A stretch of 62,952 nt of DNA, counting the filler, from Ministeria vibrans ATCC 50519 (taxonomy: Eukaryota > Protista > Filasterea): NCBI GenBank assembly GCA_943704425.1. It is 13 parts of 13 records of this genome, joined end to end, with 100 filler letters (N's around TTAATTAATTAA, not from the genome) between each part and the next. Parts side by side here need not be neighbours in the genome. Positions count along the whole stretch, not along the records: positions 59,691 to 62,952 come from CALSCP010002139.1; 12 more parts are not named here. One strand, 5' to 3'. Under the pieces are notes generated by a model that worked only from the letters and a program-made list of their open reading frames with translations, had not been told where the DNA came from and searched no databases. Position numbers and translations under genes: made by a program. Of the stretch, positions 59,691 to 62,952 are shown piece by piece; within the stretch, counting starts at the first letter, position 1, and the number at the start of each line of letters is the position of its first letter.

Positions 59691-62600
59691 ACATCCGTTG
59701 CCATCAATGGTATGTTCTACCTCTTTGGCGGCAACCTCAATGTTTTCGACTATCGGTAAGCGAGACGACCACTCGTCGACCACTCGTCGACCACTCGTCA
59801 TCCACTCCTCACCCCTTCACACTCCATTTTTGTTTTGTTTTGTTTGTTGACTGTTGTAGGCGTGTCCTCAATGACTGTTGGAAGTTTGACCCGTCCACGC
59901 GACTCTGGACCGAAATTCCAACACCTTCAGTCATAGAACCGCGCGAGCTACATTCGTCAAGTAGCCCCCCCTACACCATACGCCATTCTTTAATACTTTT
60001 TTTGTTTTTTTTTTTTCTTTTGCAGCGACCACCGGTGACTATATGTTCATTTATGGTGGGGTTGGTACCGCAACGTACGATACTGAGTTTGTCATGGAGG
60101 TCCTGGACGACTTGTGGGCGCTCAATACGGTCACCCTGGTTTGGCAGCGACTGCAGCCCAGTTCAGCGGTACGATCATCTTTGAGCAAAGCGCAACGTTT
60201 TGACGTGAATTGCAAACAGGTTCAGCCAGGAACGTACTCGGCGTCCATGGGTGGTCTCAAAGCGTTACCACCGTCTGCAGACAATATCACGCACTGCCAG
60301 TTTGTGCTTTCAGGCGGTCTTACCTCGGGCATTACCGTTGACCTGCCTACCACGACGTACACTGTCAACCTTTCAATGTCACAGCCAGACCCCGCTCAAC
60401 TCAGTGTGGCGCCCAACAACGTCTCCTACCTCGACACGCACACCGCCGGCAAATGGCGTCTTGTCACGACCATCAGTGCCCCCTCATCGCGGTCGGGTGC
60501 CGCCTACGCCGTCTCCAACAACATCATGTATGTCTTCGGTGGTGGTCTCACCTTTTCCAGTGGCGAGCTTTCCAACGACATGTACGCGCTCAACATGACT
60601 GAGGCGGTCAACGATGACGAGTCGCTATGGATCCACTGTACACACATGTGTCTAGACGAATGATCACTAATGGATTTGAGTGTAGTGAACAGCGATCACA
60701 TTTACGACAAGCCAGTGGGGCGGATGTATGCGGCATCGCACTACTCCCCTGTCACCAACCGCATCTATGTGTTGCAAGGTTCAGAGGTGTACTTTGCGTC
60801 AAACGCTCCTCTCGATGACGGATGGTACGCCAAATTGCTATCACAGTCAACCCTACTTTCCTTTTTCTTTCCGTTTTGTTTCTTTCAATACCACTTTGTG
60901 TTTGGTTTACTCTTTTCTTTTCTTCTCTCTTTCATCTTTCTTTCTTTTCTTGTTGGTCTCTGTGTCTGTGTTTGTCTGCTTTTCTCACTATCATTTTTGT
61001 TCTTTCTCACTCTCCATCACTATATTTTTTTGGTTCTTTCTCACTATTTCTCCCTCTCTCTCTTGCGTTGCTGTTGCATTCTCTCTCTCATTAAGGTTTC
61101 TTGACCTGAACACTCAAAGCTGGTCGCGAGCGGAAAGCATGCCGATTAGCGCGCGATACGCACACACTGCGACATATTCGGTATTCGAGTAGAAATCGAG
61201 AGCAGTAGAATTGATTGGTATAATTTTTGTCAGAGTGTCACGGGTCTTTCGTACGTGTACGGCGGATGCTATGGCAATCTCACAGACTGCTTCACCATGT
61301 ACTCTGATGTATATTCTTTTGACGAGCATACGCTTGAGTTCACGACGGTGTCTGTGCCCGCCAATCAACTTCATCCCATTCAACGATACTTCCACGTCTC
61401 GGTGATGCTTCATGGCACTCAAATGGTTGTGTTTGGGGGTCTTCAAAATGCCACCTACGGTACGAGTGTGTCATCTTTTGCTCATAATTTTGAATACTGG
61501 TTGTATCACATAGAGGAGTGGAAGAATGTGTGGGTTCTGGATGTAATTTCACTTGAATGGTCTGTGCGAAGACCCAGGCCCGGGCAACTGTGGCCCGCCA
61601 GCAGCCGTACGTCTGTGCCAGCCTCTGGTTGTTCTCATGTGTTACCTTCTTTTCTTGCTTAGTGATTCCCGTTGCAACTGAAGTGGACAACCGTATGTAC
61701 CTGTCGGGCGGGCTAGGCGGCGATTCGTTTGACATTATGTGGATTTTCGACGTTATGACAAACGACGTAATTGAAATTTGCACAATCATGTTTTTATTGT
61801 TTTTGATTTGCAACCGTATTTGTCTGATGGTGTAGTGGGAACGGCTGGTCACTGTGACTGCAGCGGACGTTGCGGGTCGCTCTCGCTGGGGCTTGGCATC
61901 AGCAACACTTGGAACAAAGGTTGGTAAATTGTTTGTTTCGCGTGTATTGATCCGATTGGGGCGCAGATTCTGGCATATGGGGGCTCTGCGACCAACCAGT
62001 CCTTTCTGGCTGACGCCGACGGCTTCTTTTCCAACACGTTTCTTCAGTACGACACTGTCTCCAATGCATGGGTCACCATCGACACCGACGGTCAGAGTGA
62101 GTACTTGCGAGGGGGAACGGGTTACAACATTCTTAATGGCGTAAGATTGTGTGGAGGGAGCAAACAGCGGAGAGAGACGGGAGAAAGAGTGAGAGAGAGG
62201 AAGGGGGAGAGAAACTGTGAGAGGGAGGGAGAATGAGAAAGAGAGAGAGAGAGCAAGGGGGAGAGAAACTGTGAGAGGGAGGGAGAATGAGAAAGAGAGA
62301 GAGAGGAAGGGGGAGAGAAACTGTGAGAGGGAGGGAGAATGAGAAAGAGAGAGAGAGAGAGAGAAAGAGAGGCGTTTGTTGTTGAAATTCTTCCTGACAG
62401 ACTTTTGCGATGTACGGTGGAGCGACGCCATACTACGCCACTTCGACTGTTCTCATGGTACGTCATAAAAACACATACGTAAATTAATTTATATTATTGA
62501 TTAATTTTATTAATTTTTTTGTTGTACGTCTTGTTTTGTAGTTGACTCCTGGGTGTACGATTGGGAGTTACAGTTCCAATTACAGAATATACCCATGTAC

Positions 62601-62812
62601 AGATTGCGAAGCGGGTATAACTCATTGGGCTTGAGTGCGTTTCATGTGTGCTTTTGACACGTTTGTCTGTTAGGATATTATTCGGCCGTGAGTGGGGCTA
62701 CCGAGTGCACAAAGTGTCCAGGACAGAGCTACACGAGCCAGACGGGCGCAACTGACGTGTCTGCGTGCAACGAATGTCAATCGGATGTCTGCAATGGCAA
62801 TGGAGTGTGTAG
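59691..62812 (+). CDS. Extracellular Kelch-repeat protein with ephrin-receptor-like Cys repeats/EGF (attractin/MEGF8-like); both ends truncated
   Basis: YLFGG, MFIYGG..DDLW, MYVFGG, ARYAHTA, YVYGG, QRYFH..VVFGG, MYLSGG; YYSAVSGATECTKCPGQSYT..CNGNGVC. Confidence 0.8.
62183..62365. repeat. Three ~53-bp purine-rich tandem units in an intron
   Basis: AAGGGGGAGAGAAACTGTGAGAGGGAGGGAGAATGAGAAAG repeated 3 times. Confidence 0.9.
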
Positions 62813-62864
62813 GTAAGGCAGAGAGACGGAGGAGTAAAAGAGAAAGAGGGGAGAAAGCGTGCAA

Positions 62865-62952
<88 letters not shown>

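Noticed and set aside
59768-59800. (GACCACTCGTC)x3
   Set aside because: Simple intronic minisatellite

Overview
Eukaryotic, intron-rich, gene-dense DNA with short GT-AG introns, many CA/GA microsatellites, the standard genetic code and about 35 genes or gene fragments. It is not one continuous locus: 13 contigs are joined by artificial 100-nt spacers (44 N + TTAATTAATTAA + 44 N), so gene order across spacers is unproven. Gene content (animal-like alpha-tubulin, YIPF3, KCNQ-like channel, CENP-T, Notch-type EGF repeats, EAR/EPTP repeats, a possible CEP76, plus HisC, GH43, GH31 and RhaT) suggests a unicellular opisthokont or close animal relative (inference). All family calls are by motif recognition from memory, not database searches. 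Most notable: (1) a tryptophanyl-tRNA synthetase carrying the complete N-terminal tRNA-binding appendage of eukaryotic glutaminyl-tRNA synthetase, with the junction inside one exon; (2) a spliced gene missed by the ORF track that joins an SLX4IP-like N-terminus to a PWWP3/MUM1-like C-terminal domain; (3) a KCNQ-type K+ channel with a charge-depleted S4; (4) candidate structured RNAs in introns of POLR1D and GPN1; (5) bacterial-type genes adapted to the eukaryote (intron-containing RhaT, membrane-anchored aqualysin-like protease, intronless Aec37-type GH31); (6) a TTL-family ligase with an N-terminal signal anchor.
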